NCBI GenBank assembly: GCA_040954595.2
Contig: CM082579.2
Location: forward strand, 3,273,127 to 3,337,126
Length of the DNA: 64,000 nucleotides
Direction: 5' to 3'
Source of the DNA: Balanoglossus misakiensis
Lineage: Eukaryota > Animalia > Hemichordata
Of the stretch, positions 15,801 through 28,983 are shown one piece after another; the stretch's first letter is position 1, and every line of letters begins with the position of its first letter. The position numbers and the translations under genes are program-made. Under the pieces are notes generated by a model. The model saw only the letters and a program-made list of their open reading frames with translations, was not told where the DNA came from and did no database searches.

Positions 15801-18668
15801 TCCTATTCAAGTAGCATTTGCTTAGGATAGAGTTCTCTATCATCATTTACAATTTTGGAATGAATATTTTATTTTGTATTCCAGGTATTGGATTTGATTC
15901 AATCTTACGTGACAGTACGAGTTCCACTTTACGTCTCCTATATTTTCCACTCGCCCGTGGCTGTTGGGGGCTGGCAACATTTCGACCTCAACTCGCAGCT
16001 GAGACTTACATTTGTGTACGACACTGCCATTCTGTGGGAGAATGGTATTGGAACGCCACCAGACGCCACTCTGCAAGGTAGGCTTTTGTTTTGTACATAC
16101 CGGTACATCTACTGTAATTTGTAGTAATACAAAGCTGGACATTATTGCTCAGATGTCCCAGATTCAATAGAACACAAGCAGTATCTCATGAATTATTTTT
16201 GCTTGTTTCCCAGGTTTCTTGTATCCAACCAGTATGCGCATCAATGAGGATGGTAGACTGGTTGTCAATTTCAGAACAGAAGCACGATTCCGGGGACAGT
16301 TTGTACTAGACCATCCAGGTAATAAGGCATTTCCCGTCACCACAAAATGACTGCTGTTTTCAACCTTATTTACACTGATATAAATTATGAAACAACTGCA
16401 TTGTATATGTATGATATACATATCCCATCAAGTCTTCAAGACAGCCAACAGAAGCCATAGATCCAATGCCTTACAGACAATTTTATAACATGTCCCAAAT
16501 ACCCACTAACGTACGATGTTGATCATTCTGTATCTTGACAGGCACAGCACTGACTGCAATGGTGATGTCACCAGACAACAGTGACCTGACATTCACCTTG
16601 GAACTGATCAGGTCAGACCCCACATACGCACAACCAGAACAGACATGGCAGTTTGTATCAGACTATGCTGTAAGTGTCAACTTCTTGATTTATCATTTCA
16701 TGTTTTATACCTTAATTGTGAGTTGGGTGAATTTGAGAATGGTCTTGTGTCTGCCGAAACTAGTCCACTTGTAATGTCCATTCTGTGAAGCAGTCCTTCT
16801 AGCAATTCAAGTGAGAAAATTCCACAAATTATAATTCATAGTTGAAGTAAGATCCTGAATTTTCTTTCAGGTAAGGGATTACAGTGGTGACTACATCATC
16901 AAACTGATCCCATGTACCACAGCCAACGACATCGAGTACTCTTTACCCATTGTATGCAACCCCCGAGATCCCATCACCTTCGAGATGCCCATCCGATTCC
17001 AACAAGTCAGTGATCCGGTACCGGCTCAGTTCAGTCTGGACACCCAATTCCATCTGCTTTCCAAGAAGGATCTGTGGTTGTCCGATGGTTCCATGGGTTT
17101 CGGCGAAGGAAGCGATACTGCATATGGGAAAGGTGAGGATGGATATCCTGTCTGTATCTGTATGTCTGTACATGTATGTGGTATATGTACGTATGTACGT
17201 ACGTACTACGTATGGATGAACTTCCAACAATAACACAAATTTCTTTTCTGTCACCAATGTCAGGTGATACAATCTACGGCCGCGTTATGGTGGACCCAGT
17301 ACAGAACCTTGGTGACTCTTTCTATGTCAGTGTGGAGAAAGTGTTCCTGTGTACCGGCTTGGATGGATACGTTCCAAAATACGATCCGGAAAATCAAGAA
17401 TATGGCTGCATTGCAGACACACCCACCTTGCTGTATAACTTCAAGATCTTGGTAAGTTCATGAAGAACAGTGGAGACTTTTTAGTTGCAGTTTCTGATGC
17501 CAACATCTTTATTTTTGTTGATTGATTGAAGTTTGAGGAATTTCTTGTAGCAGGCATGTCACTTGGAACCAGATACCTTATTTATTGTTCTTCCAAACAA
17601 TTCCATCATGTGGTTGATCACTGACCATGGTTGTTTTTTACAGTAAGACCTTTTTTTGTTAGGAATATTTTTCCAGTGTGATCTATCCAGGAATGACTTC
17701 ATGTTGACTTTTGATTTTTGCAGGACAAAGGTGCCCCCAACACGGTGACTACTGAATTCAGCAGCGTTCCATTCGAAGCCATTTTGGCTGTGGATGATCC
17801 AGAAGCTTTGCCTTTGGTGCAGCAGTCTGGTGCTGATGGATTTAGGATGAGCTGTGATCCACTCTTTGAGGTAAGGCCCCGGTCATCCGCAATGGTGCAC
17901 TGTGTACTGGCACATTACAGCTTGTGTTTATGCATATCTCACATGCAGGGCAATTAGGCTTATCCGTCATCGGTTCAAAAAAAAGCATGGAAAAATTTCC
18001 AAAAGTGAAGGGCACAGACTCTTGAAGTGATCCCATCAGAATTGGGTCACAAATTTTTTTAAATACTTGAAAAATAAACCAGAATTGTTTTCCAGATTTG
18101 CGTTGCTATAATGATCAAGTGAAATGACCCCTGTAAACAATCGATTCATTCTCGTTTCCAGGTTTCAGCCGGCCGTCAGTGGTACCTGCATTCAATATAC
18201 ACAGTGAGGTCTGCAGACAATGCCAACAGAGGCATTGGCAAGAGAAGCATCGAGATGCACAGTCTCGTAGAAGCACACCCGCAGCACGCCCTGCAGCAGC
18301 GCAAGAGGCGCGAAATTGAAGACGCAGAAGACATGGGCGTCGACGGCAAAGGCACGAACATGCACCGAATCCGTCTCAACTACACCAGCGACCTGCAGAC
18401 CAACGACCTGATCCCCAACGCGGGCAACTTCGAGGTCGGCCAAAACGATTCCAAGAAAACAATACCCGTGATTCCCATCGTGGCCGTGATCGTCGCCCTG
18501 TTGCTGGTCATCATCATCGTTGTACTCTTTGTCGTTCTCCGGCGACGTAGGCGCGCCCACAAAGATGCGTACACGCCCAGCAAACCTGTGACGAAGGTCG
18601 CCACCAATGGCCACATGAAGGTCGTGGACGCCACGCGGTATCAAAGTAATGATAACACAGAAGTTTAA
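3854..18668 (+). CDS. FREM2: FRAS1-related extracellular matrix protein 2 / ECM3-like; 5' part lies outside the window; 21 exons seen
   Basis: GT-AG exons in continuous frame: 3854-4000, 5695-5925, 6672-6800, 6932-7180, 11880-12029, 12780-12989, 13145-13342, 13470-13634, 13767-13949, 14102-14232, 14370-14522, 14645-14821, 14966-15221, 15357-15691, 15885-16077, 16214-16318, 16542-16669, 16871-17132, 17264-17451, 17724-17870, 18162-18668. Peptides [24 protein letters not shown] and QVQFNPGQT match FREM2. Repeated Calx-beta motifs ([30 protein letters not shown]), basic sites GIGKRS/RKRR, a TM helix ([26 protein letters not shown]) and a PDZ-type C-terminus NTEV*. Confidence 0.95.
6070..6265. 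repeat. Two diverged ~95-bp tandem copies in a FREM2 intron
   Basis: tttgccagctcagtgcatcggccttgacattcagatgatac...gggtcagag recurs as tttgccacggcacagtgcacggaccttgacattcagacgatac...gggtcagag. Confidence 0.7.
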
Positions 18669-21011
18669 CTTCTCGCTCACAAAGGTGCTCATCTGAAATT
18701 TTTATCTTTTATAAAAAAAAAACTTTCTATATAATAAGTATTTTTAAAAGCCGAAAAAAATTCTTTTTGTGTATGTGCATAGCATTTACTTTTTTCCACT
18801 TCTGAAACCACGTGCTCACGACAAGCAGTGTCTGTTTCGACACTGTTGAGTAACATTTAGCCCTTTGGCTTGGACGGGGGAAGTCAGGTATCATTTAGCT
18901 AGCGGTGTGTAATAAAGGTTATACAACTGTAGAAAAAACTGTACAGTGTTAAAGAAGCGTCAACCACTTCAAAGAGTGCTTCCACCGAATATCAACAAAA
19001 GCTAAAAAATTGTTCAAAGATCGATAGTTTCGTCTCATCGAGAATCACATGAACAAACACCAACACCTGCCTTCGATCATTTACAAGGCACCATTATAGA
19101 ATAGAAGAGGAAGTTTACTTCAAATAAACCTCCGAACGTTGTTGTCAAAAGAAACTTGCCTCTGCATGTCATGCTCGTTTGAAACCTGTGTGAAGTTTTC
19201 ACCAGCAAAGATTATGTCAAATCTTTTTTTTAAAAATGAAATACCAGTGTATAAGAAAATAAGAAATGTATACATACAAAAAAAGAATTATTCTTGATTG
19301 CTATTGGGCTGAGATAGACTGTCAGAGATGTGACTACGTTCTGACCAAATGTTCTTCAACGAATGTAGATGTATTTCTTGTTGTTGGATTTAGGGCGGTA
19401 ATTTAGTCTGGCCACACCGGCTGTGGTGTTTAAGACTTGCGATCCAGAGTGTGTACACTATTCCATGGATCTGATAGCAAACCCGAAGCGTGGAATATCG
19501 ATAAAATCTGTACCTGCTAAATGTCCATGAGGAACGAGGACATTTAGCGTAGAACGCCTCCAATCTCTGGTCACAGCTCATGAATATGTATAATATCAAC
19601 AGAGCTCCTGAGGTAGGTTGCACGTAGCATGTTACGTGCCTACAGGTTTCCATGGAAACAGACCTCCACGTGAACACCACAGCTGGGCCAGTCTAGGCAG
19701 TGATGTACTACAGAATTTGTACCTTTTGCCACTTACCAAGTCCTTCATAGTGCTCCATACAGCGCAGTTATTTATTATGAGATTCAGTTATTTTGTGTAT
19801 TTTTTAAGTCAATAATTCCTGTGGCTTATTTTGAGAACGTTTCTTTTTGTTATTATTGTTATTATTATTATTATTAACTAGTTTACATATTTGGAAATCT
19901 ACAAAAAATAGCTCTTTTAAAAACTTTTTTTTATTGTGACCATTAATGTCACCTTCATTACCTTTCGGTTGGAGTACATATTACAAAACAGTCTCTTTTT
20001 GTCATTTTTACAACAAATTCTATTCATTATTTTAATACCTATATCGATTTACTGCAGTGCTGTCATATTTTTTGGTGCCAGATTGCAAGTGCAATTGTGT
20101 TGCAAGCATTTTTACACTGGCCACGCAGCATCCAGTGCACATTTCAAATGGCTGCTACAAGGTCAAAGGTCAACATCCTGGTAGGTAGAGAGTGAGGACT
20201 GATGGGATAGTTCATCAATGAGCAAATTGTAGTACATTGTATTTGTCAATTATGTCCAGTGATAGATGGAAGTATGTGTGCTCCCATGTAGGTTGTCGTA
20301 ATCATTCCAGTTGTTCAAGTGTTGATTAGCAAATTACCAGGATGTGTGACCTTTGCCCCCAAACGATTTTAAGGTGCTTTAAACTGAATTCCATTTATTT
20401 TGTCCAATAATCTATGCATTTTCAAAGAGGAAATTTTTTTTGCAAACTAACAAAAATATTCATTTATTTCTTCTAACAAAAAAGCTCACTGCAGATTTTT
20501 ACATGGGTAGTGTTTGCTTTAGATCTTAGATTTTCAACAAACAAATGGTGCATGGATAAGAGGCTTTTATCCTCATAACTTTCAAAGAGACGGAGAAATA
20601 AAACTTACACATTACTGGAAAAAATATCCAAGTTTTACAAGAAACAGGTAATGATGGTATGGATAAATTTGCATACAGCGTAGGTATATAGGTATTCTTA
20701 CTAAACGGGGAAAATGTGACGCAAGTTGGTGAATGTTTGTTTATCCAACAATTGATGTTATTGTTACTCTAGACAACCATAAGATTCACCCTCTTAATCA
20801 TGAAAAGTGGGAAATTATTATCTCGGTTTCGACAGAGTTGTACGCTGTGATGTGAGGATGAATGCCTTGGTAATCGTGAAATGCGGTTATCTTGGAATCA
20901 TTAGCATCAAGGTGTATATCAATGGGATCCCGAGGAACACATCTTGAGGTTTTAAACATATTGGTGTCTTTTTCTTTAAAGCTGTCACTATAGTAATTAT
21001 GTGTTGGAAAA

Positions 21012-21017
21012 AATAAA
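21012..21017 (+). promoter_or_regulatory. Candidate distal polyadenylation signal of FREM2 (would give a ~2.3-kb 3' UTR)
   Basis: AATAAA followed ~20 nt later by a GT/T-rich tract (gtgtgtgtgttttcgttatttatgtttttgtttt). More proximal AATAAA sites also exist. Confidence 0.5.
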
Positions 21018-21604
21018 GATGTCAACCCTATGTCAGTGTGTGTGTTTTCGTTATTTATGTTTTTTGTTTTTTTTTTAAATTTTTAAATCCACTGAAAGAC
21101 TTATTAAACAGCTAGACTGGCCAGTATTGACGCCAAAATGTCAAAATTCGAGTGACTATTTTACCGGCTACCAACTCTTGACTACATCTCTGGTCAAACT
21201 ATTTACCCGGTCTTTCCAGGACCGGGTTGACTTGGCATTGTGTCTGGAATTACTTGGTGTCATTGAATTCAGTGTGGTCAAAAAATCGGGGATCATTTTA
21301 CCCGTGTCCAGTCTCCGCGACTACAATGTAAACGACCCGTGATTTTCATTTGTCGAGTTTGTCATGAGCGTTGCTAGTAGAGATATAGATGTATCCAAAT
21401 ATATTATGACTCAAAGACCTCCATTGTATGTCAAGGTCTCTCAAGACACCTGCTTTTCTGTTTGACGTACAGATAGGATGTCCAGGTGTTCAACAAGTGT
21501 CGTGGCCCCCCCGAGGGTAATCTTTCTTCCAAATACAGGCTTACACAATCCACCATGTATTAAAACTGTCAACGGCTTAAACACCTGTTTTATTCCTAAT
21601 CACA

Positions 21605-21611
<7 letters not shown>

Positions 21612-21674
<63 letters not shown>
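21612..21674. repeat. (CT)n microsatellite
   Basis: Uninterrupted ctctct run of about 31 units. Confidence 0.98.
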
Positions 21675-21676
<2 letters not shown>

Positions 21677-23040
21677 GTGCGCCTAGCCTTCTATGCTGGA
21701 CTCAAAGGTGAAGTCCTTACAAACTAGTTTGGTTGAAGTGAAGTCAGAGGGGTTGTGAAGGAATAATCTTCTCCAACACGTGCCTCAAAATGTTCCGTGA
21801 CCCACTCGAGATACATACATTGCCGCAATAGTGACTTTATTGGGGTTTCGTTCACGTCATTTTTAAAACCCTTTTTGCTGTGTTTTTCTCTTAAGATTTG
21901 TTTACTTCAATCTACTATCGTTTAATATAATGTGTATAGCAATCGTTGCTCGTATCGAAAGTTTTAAATATATATATTTAGCGTTGAAAACAATCAATTT
22001 TTTCCGATGTTTTGATTGGATTTCGAAACAAAATGGTGACGTACAGAAATCATTAAGTAAAGTGCGGTAATAGGTATTTCCAATGCTCTTGGGTACAATA
22101 TTTCATCCATTGACTTTGGCGAGCTTAGTTAAGATCATTTTGAGGGACTATTCATGAATTGCGATGTATAAGTATTCGTGTTTTTTTGCGATAAAAGCAC
22201 AAAAAATGATCCATCGGTCGATCGATTGTGTTTGGAGACACTAACTTTTCGACCCTATTTTCGTGCCTTTTTGTGTTCACTCGGGGTTGTTATTTTTATT
22301 TTTCGGATAAAATTCGGCAATAAAACTCTTATTATTCCAAAACGTACAACCCATTACAACCGTTGAGGGCGCACAAGTCGATGAGAGGGGAGGTAGTAAA
22401 GTCAGCATATAGTAGGAGCTTCAGGCGGAAGGAGGAGTTTCTAGCTGTTTAAGTGCAATTCTACAAATTATCGGTCAAAGGTAATTGTCATGAATCCAAC
22501 CCTGAGAAATGTATGATTGTTCATTCTCTCCCAATGTCGACGTCTTACATTCTGTAAGACCACGGCTTTTGGATTCGGCGATGATGCGAAATCCCTGTCA
22601 GAGCTGCAGCTGTGAGTGTGACCCTGAAAGAACGATTTCACAGAATCGTGGTAAATAAGCGAATCCAAATTTTGCCCGTGGTAGTAGTATTGATATTATT
22701 AAAGTTCGCTGGGGTGCAGGAAATAGTGTCGAATGAACGACCACACCATTCTGAACGGTGAGAATCTGAATGGAGGTTGTGGTTGGGGAGACATGTCACA
22801 GCATGCAAAGAGGAGTCACAACGCCATTGTTTAATAAGTCACAGGAAAAGGGCCGATGGAGGGGCGTTTCTTCATATTACTGTGTCACAGTGATGGAGGG
22901 AACGTAGGCACAGTAATTGAAGAAATGCATGTACATTACATATATGTGCAGCAGCTACGTGCCAAGATTCCATGGCAACAGGGTGAAAATACATGAAATG
23001 GTCGACAGTGACACCCATGTTTGACAGTTGGGTTGCTATA

Positions 23041-23437
23041 TATAGTATACACATGATGACTGACAATGAGGGCAACAGTGTATTTTGATGACCGAGGGCG
23101 CTGCTAGTCACAACTAAAACAGTCTTGTTTTCCCGAGGGCATAGCCCGAGGGAAAACAGACTGTTTTGGTGTGGCTGCCAGTCCCGAGGTCATCAAAAAT
23201 ACACTGTTGCCCGAATATGTCAGTCATCATGTGTTTTATAACACCCCAAACACGACACACACCACATCCAGGCAACAGTACCAGGCAGAAACTGATCGAA
23301 CTGATGCCCTAGGGAACAGTTCGAAATGACTAAGGTCACGTGATGGTGTATTGACGAATCACGATCGGGGGTTCGCTGCATGGTGTGTTATAATTCGAAA
23401 TGACTAAGGTCACGTGACGTCGTATTGACGAATCACG
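23041..23437. mobile_element. Palindromic (fold-back) non-autonomous element / MITE-like
   Basis: ~90-bp inverted arms (23049-23140 vs 23144-23234) around gggc-ata-gccc. Also ttataacac (23236)/gtgttataa (to 23393) inverted and a 44-bp direct repeat (23320-23363 vs 23394-23437). Confidence 0.7.
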
Positions 23438-23670
23438 TTTACTATGGATACTCAGCACCGCTGGAATCTGGATGTTGACTACATTTATGGCCTCTTTTCT
23501 CAAACAGAATGAGAATGATCGAGTCAGCCTGCCCATTGTTAACTTGGCATTTACAGCTACTTATTTGTAGTTTATGATTCTAAATACTAGTTACAGAGAA
23601 ATTTCTCTGACAGCCTGTGCACATTGAATAAAACATGCCAATAAAATTTTCCACATAGGTCGATGATAGA

Positions 23671-26277
23671 ATGCCAAGATATGGAGACATTTCCAAATCC
23701 AAGATCGTCCAATTTGTGAACTGTAGGATACTCTACCAACATGCCATAATCACTGAGGATCTGTGGGTGAGAGGCGGGGTCATCCTCAATCCCAAGAAAC
23801 TCTTCTGGGAAGAGAAACGTAACGCTGATATGAAAGTAGATTGCCATGGAATGATCATTGCCCCGGGATTCATTGACGTTCAGATTAATGGTGAGAATCT
23901 GCACAGACATTCTTTCATAAACTGTGAAAATAAAATAAAAGGGAATACTTGTCACAGATTTTTCATTACAGTTACAGTGGATTCCATCAATACATTTACT
24001 GTTGCTGCATGCTGGCTGTAACCAATGTCTTCATTACCGTTCTCACATTGCAGGTGGTCTGGGCATCGACTTCTCCTCGGATCCAGAGAGTCTTGAAGAA
24101 GGACTGAAGAAGGTCGCCAAGGGCATCTTACAATATGGAGTCACATCATTCTGTCCAACTGTCATTTCATCTACACCTCAAATGTACAGACAGGTGAGTT
24201 TGGTATCTATGTCCTGCCATCTTCCAGGATTTACTTTCCATCTTCTGGAGGGTTTGTGTATCGGTAGGGAATGAGTTGTCATAGACTCTCTGAGACTCTC
24301 ACAGCCCACGGTTCGCTACAACAAGGCTCTTCACTGATGCCGCTCTTGTGTGTACTTGTGTCTCAACTCTGTTGTTGACCCGCAGAAGCTACACCGATAT
24401 CTGTCTGTGTGTCTTCTTGACCTCATCCCATTCAGCATGTATTACCGGTTGTTCATATGCATTTCTGTCATGCAGATTGTACCCACGATCAGGCGAACCG
24501 AGGGAAGTTCAAAAGGCGCTGGAATTCTTGGTAAGATATAGCAAGTAAATGAACAAATTGGCTCATAGTGTAAAGGCATTTTGCAGCCAGTTTGCTTGTG
24601 AGTTTGCGGAAATTTCCAATTTCATAATATCACTATCAGATAAAAAATGTTCATAAGAAGTTGGGCTATACATGAGTCATTTCCTGCCTAACAGGTTAAG
24701 GACATGCGTCATGAGAGAGTTTCTTACCATTATTTCTTTTCTAGGAATACACCTTGAAGGACCCTTCATCAGTAAGACCAAGAAGGGAGCCCATCCCATC
24801 GATAATGTGAGAGGGGGCTATCCGCGTGGCTTTAAAGATCTCAAGGAAACGTACGGCACATTTGACGACGTATCCATCTGTACTGTTGCACCTGAATTGG
24901 ACAACACTCCTGAGGTTGTCAGAGAGCTAAAAAGTCGTGGGATCAAAGTGTCTGTCGGTAAGTGGAAGTTTGACGTCTTTCAGTGTTTGGTTAGTATAGT
25001 TTTGTTTGGCACGATTGGCCATTTGCACTGATGCATTGGAAAATGGGTGTGGCAGATTGAACTTATTTATTATGTTTGCAGGACACTCTATGGCAAACTT
25101 GACGCAAGCGGAAAAAGCGGTGAACAGTGGCGCTACATTTATTACTCATCTTTTCAATGCAATGCTTCCGGTAAGTCTCAACAATCATTACTGTAGTTTA
25201 GTTTCAATTGGGTCGGTCATAAATGTGCCCACGCTATGCGAACTTTGGCTTTGGTATTTTATAAGTCACAAGATATGAGAGGTATGAAGTGACAATTTGA
25301 TATGATAAGATGTGATGTGATATATACTATCATGATGCAAAGTAATGTATTATGATTTGGTATGTTCAGTTCCATCACAGAGATCCAGGAATTGTTGGCC
25401 TACTGACCAGTGATCAAACCCCGGAGAACACCACAGTTTACTACGGAATGATATCTGACGGAATCCACACCAATCCAGCGGCTCTAAGGATTGCACACAG
25501 AGCTCATCCTAAAGGTAATGCCAAGACTGCTGGTGTTCATTTTGAGATGGTCTGTCTGAGTCAAACGCTGGACTTGGGTATAGTTATTTAGCACAGAGGG
25601 TTAGATCTCGACAGAGAAATTTTGGTAACTAAAGGTGGTTCACAACTACAGTTGAAGACCATCGCTTCGAAAAAAATTCTCTTCTACATTTGACTTTTTT
25701 TTTTTCTGTTATCATGCTTTCCCCGTGAAGGTCTGGTAATCATAACAGACGCGATAGAAGCCATGGGTTTGAGAGAAGGGCGCCACCACCTGGGAATGCA
25801 GCAGATTGAGATCAGGGAAAACAAGGCTGTTGTGGCTGGCACAGACACAATATGTGGAAGGTAGGTCATTGTACGTTGAAACCCTTGCTAATCCGAACAC
25901 CTTGATGAAGTGAACAGCTTCCTGCGGTGAACACTTCTTCAGTCATGATGGAAGGCTGTTATATAAAACTAAGCAAATACCTCATATCACTGAAGGTTAC
26001 GATTCCCTTTTCTTCCAGCATCGCGACCATGGATATGTGTGTCCGGCACTTCAAAGAGGCTTCCGGATGCAGAACAGTGGATGCCCTGGAAGCAGCAACA
26101 CTCCACCCGGCACTCATGTTGGAAATCGCTGACCGGAAAGGAACGCTGGAATACGGCACCGATGCTGATTTTATTTTGCTGGACGATGACCTACACGTCC
26201 ACGCGACCTACATCGCGGGAGAGTTGGTGTGGAGACAGGGTGCCGAACTGAAGCAACGCAGCAAAGAACAAAGTTAA
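23671..26277 (+). CDS. AMDHD2: N-acetylglucosamine-6-phosphate deacetylase (8 coding exons)
   Basis: Exons 23671-23890, 24054-24193, 24476-24530, 24745-24957, 25082-25170, 25370-25514, 25731-25860, 26019-26277. NagA motifs [46 protein letters not shown]. Confidence 0.96.
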
Positions 26278-27927
26278 CAGCGGTATATGAATTAGCTGGA
26301 ATATGTCTCAGGTGTTTTTTCATATGGGAATGTATAGTCTTTGAGCTGGGAGGCTGATTTATCTCAATGCTTAGGGAACACCACACCTTTTAAAAAAAAA
26401 GGTTTCTCTGTATAAAAACAGGTTTTATTATAGTGTGTCACATTTTATATGAAAGAAGAGTGCATGGATTATAGTGTAATATAGAAAATATCCACCGGGT
26501 GAGTGAAGATGCAGTGTTTTTGCCAAAATGTGGGAACGTGTGAACAATTTGGGAACTTTGGAGACATTGTGACTGTCTTTGCTCTCTTTGGAGCAGCGAC
26601 CAGCCAGAGATGAATACTGATATGTTACACTGTGCACTACTAACACAAAATCCAGTCAAGAAGTGAACTGCTAACCATTTCTAACTGCCAACTTTATACC
26701 GTTTTGTCCAAGAACCAGAATATAAGATACAAGTTTGAATTCTAGTACTGCTTTTATATTCAGTAATACATCCTTACATTTTAAATGAAATCATGTACCT
26801 ATTCGCCATACTTTTACACCAGTGTACATAAATTAATCAAATGCTTCTTTTAACATTGTAAGTACAAATACTATTTTTAGTCAGTGCTATTTAACAGAAG
26901 AAAGAGCATTTGGTACTTTAGAGTCAAAATGAGAATTTACTACTTACTGTACTTAGTATAACGGCATCATGTCAATGCAGGGATGTAATGAATTTGTACA
27001 GCCTGTAAAAGATTTGAAAATTTTATGCTGAAATATGGAAGACAGGTCAGTATCCATTCCTGCATTTTGGTGATCACCATTGGTCCAAATCAATTTGCAT
27101 GATCAAATACCAATGACCTTCAAATGATAGTTTCACACAGAAAGTACAACCAAAACATAATCAACACAACAGAAGTCTGGGATCGGATCTTGACGAATTT
27201 TGACTTGTCATAATTTTATTGTTCACGTTCAATATAGCCACCGGTAGTAACCTCTGAAGTGTGGCACATTTCACATTTGAAAATTACATAATTGAAAAGT
27301 GTTCTAAAATATTTTTCTAATCGAATGCATTCACTTGCTTTCAGAATGAGCAACCCAATCCTCATGAAAATCAGTATATAATCTTCTCAGAGTTGATAAA
27401 TTTACATCACAATTATAAAAAATACAGGAAACGACAGAAAATAGATGAAAATGAACTAAGTATCCCAAACACTGGTAAACTGTGGAGCTTGATATTTACA
27501 TCTTAAAATATGAATTTCTTTATCAAGTGTCTCTGGAAAAAAGTGGTTAAATATCATTGCACAGAACTTTTCTCTATTTGTGTATGTGTCTCTATCCTCA
27601 GTTGGTGCCAATATCACGACTTTGCCATCCTGCTATACAACTCAGATCCCATTCCATAGACTGTCACAGCAATGGTGATGTTAGTGACAATTACTGCTAC
27701 AAGTCTTGCATAAAACACAGCTTTCCTGGCATTCATCAAAAATAAACCTACAGAGAGAGAGAGAACATAAAAGACAGGTCTTTCAACTGGGTGTGTTGGG
27801 ATAGGGAGAAGAAGAGAATGTATAGCCAGAAGTTACAGACAATGGACCTTTAATGTTGTTAATCTCAGGGTCGGACTGAAAGAAGTTGCCGAAAAGAAGT
27901 GAAGAGCGTTTTAAAATGTGCGTACAT

Positions 27928-28774
27928 TTAGTCTCTCTTGATTGGTTTGGGCCTGTCTTCATTCCAGGCTGTGTAGATGAAAGCAGCGAGAAGTATGTGA
28001 ACGACCACTACAGCAGTGATTCCACCATAGAAAAGGGCATCTCTAGTAGACATCATGAAAAGTCCTGTGGGACATGGAGAAGAAAGTCAAGGACATGGGA
28101 GGCAGTCTTTAAAGGAGATTTCTACTTCATGTAATCACAATCAGTGAATCAATGTGTTGTATTGAAGAAGGTACTAGTTAGTATTATAAGTGAATGAAAT
28201 ATGAAAGTTTCATAAACACAACCTATGGACCTTTTTCTGTCACATGCACAGCTCTGATAACTTTCAGATTGTTGTTTCCAGAAGATTTTTCAGCCATGGC
28301 CAGATCTGATTGTAGATGATGTGAACTACAAATGAACACACTTTTTTTCTTACCTTCAAATATCATGTTTTTTGACACAAAGTAGGATATAAGTGGCAGA
28401 CAAATAATCAATAATGTATATGTCAGCATAGTCTTCAGCACTTCAGATAACTTTTCATCACTGAAAAATAATGCAGGACAGAGATCTAGTTAATACGTGT
28501 ACAAACTTTCAATAGGTTGGATGCTCCTCAAACCCCACCATATACCCACAGGCACATATGGTATCGACATCAAACAAAGACTAGACCCCACATCAGACAT
28601 GGTAACGAATCTGCGTAGCCTGCCGGAGATTTGCGAGATCAGAAGCTTAACTTGAAATATTTATGGTATTACATTGGTTTTTCTTTATCGATGAAAGTTA
28701 CGACAATGGAAACGACATTACCTCCCGCGCATCATTGCGGCGGAGAAAGTTTGTTCTTCTGCCATGTCCGCCAT
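27928..28774 (-). CDS. VMA21: Vacuolar ATPase assembly integral membrane protein VMA21 (3 exons)
   Basis: Exons 28774-28722, 28460-28354, 28064-27928 give MADMAEEQ...VLKTMLTYTLLIICLPLISYFVSKNMIFEG...YGGITAVVVVHILLAAFIYTAWNEDRPKPIKRD*. Two TM helices and the VMA21-type VHxxL...AWNE motif. Confidence 0.92.
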
Positions 28775-28983
28775 GTTTCTTTTAACCTTTGAACTTTAGC
28801 GCCCTCTATGTTCTTTTCGTAAAATACTTCGTTTGCTGTTGAGGAACGAAGAACAAACGGATAGCATACTACAACCCGGAAGTGTGAATTGGAAAGGGGG
28901 AGGCAACCAAACATTGTATTCAATCAAATGTTTTGCTCCGAAATCTGCACCAAGCGGTAACTTTCTGGGAAGACAACAGCACA
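28775..28983. promoter_or_regulatory. Bidirectional promoter shared by VMA21 and COMMD5
   Basis: Divergent ATGs (28774 on -, 28984 on +) are only ~210 bp apart. ETS-type CCGGAAGTG at ~28876. Confidence 0.75.

Noticed and set aside
18192-18692. 166-aa antisense ORF over the last FREM2 exon
   Set aside because: Shadow ORF of a GC-rich coding exon; no independent evidence.
19607-19646. let-7-like TGAGGTAG start within a hairpin in the FREM2 3' UTR
   Set aside because: The hairpin is only ~40 nt, a 22-mer would run through the loop, and the sequence departs from let-7 after the seed.
21781-22150. Inverted cctcaaaatg/cattttgagg as possible TIRs
   Set aside because: Only ~10 bp match, with no TSD or clear element ends.
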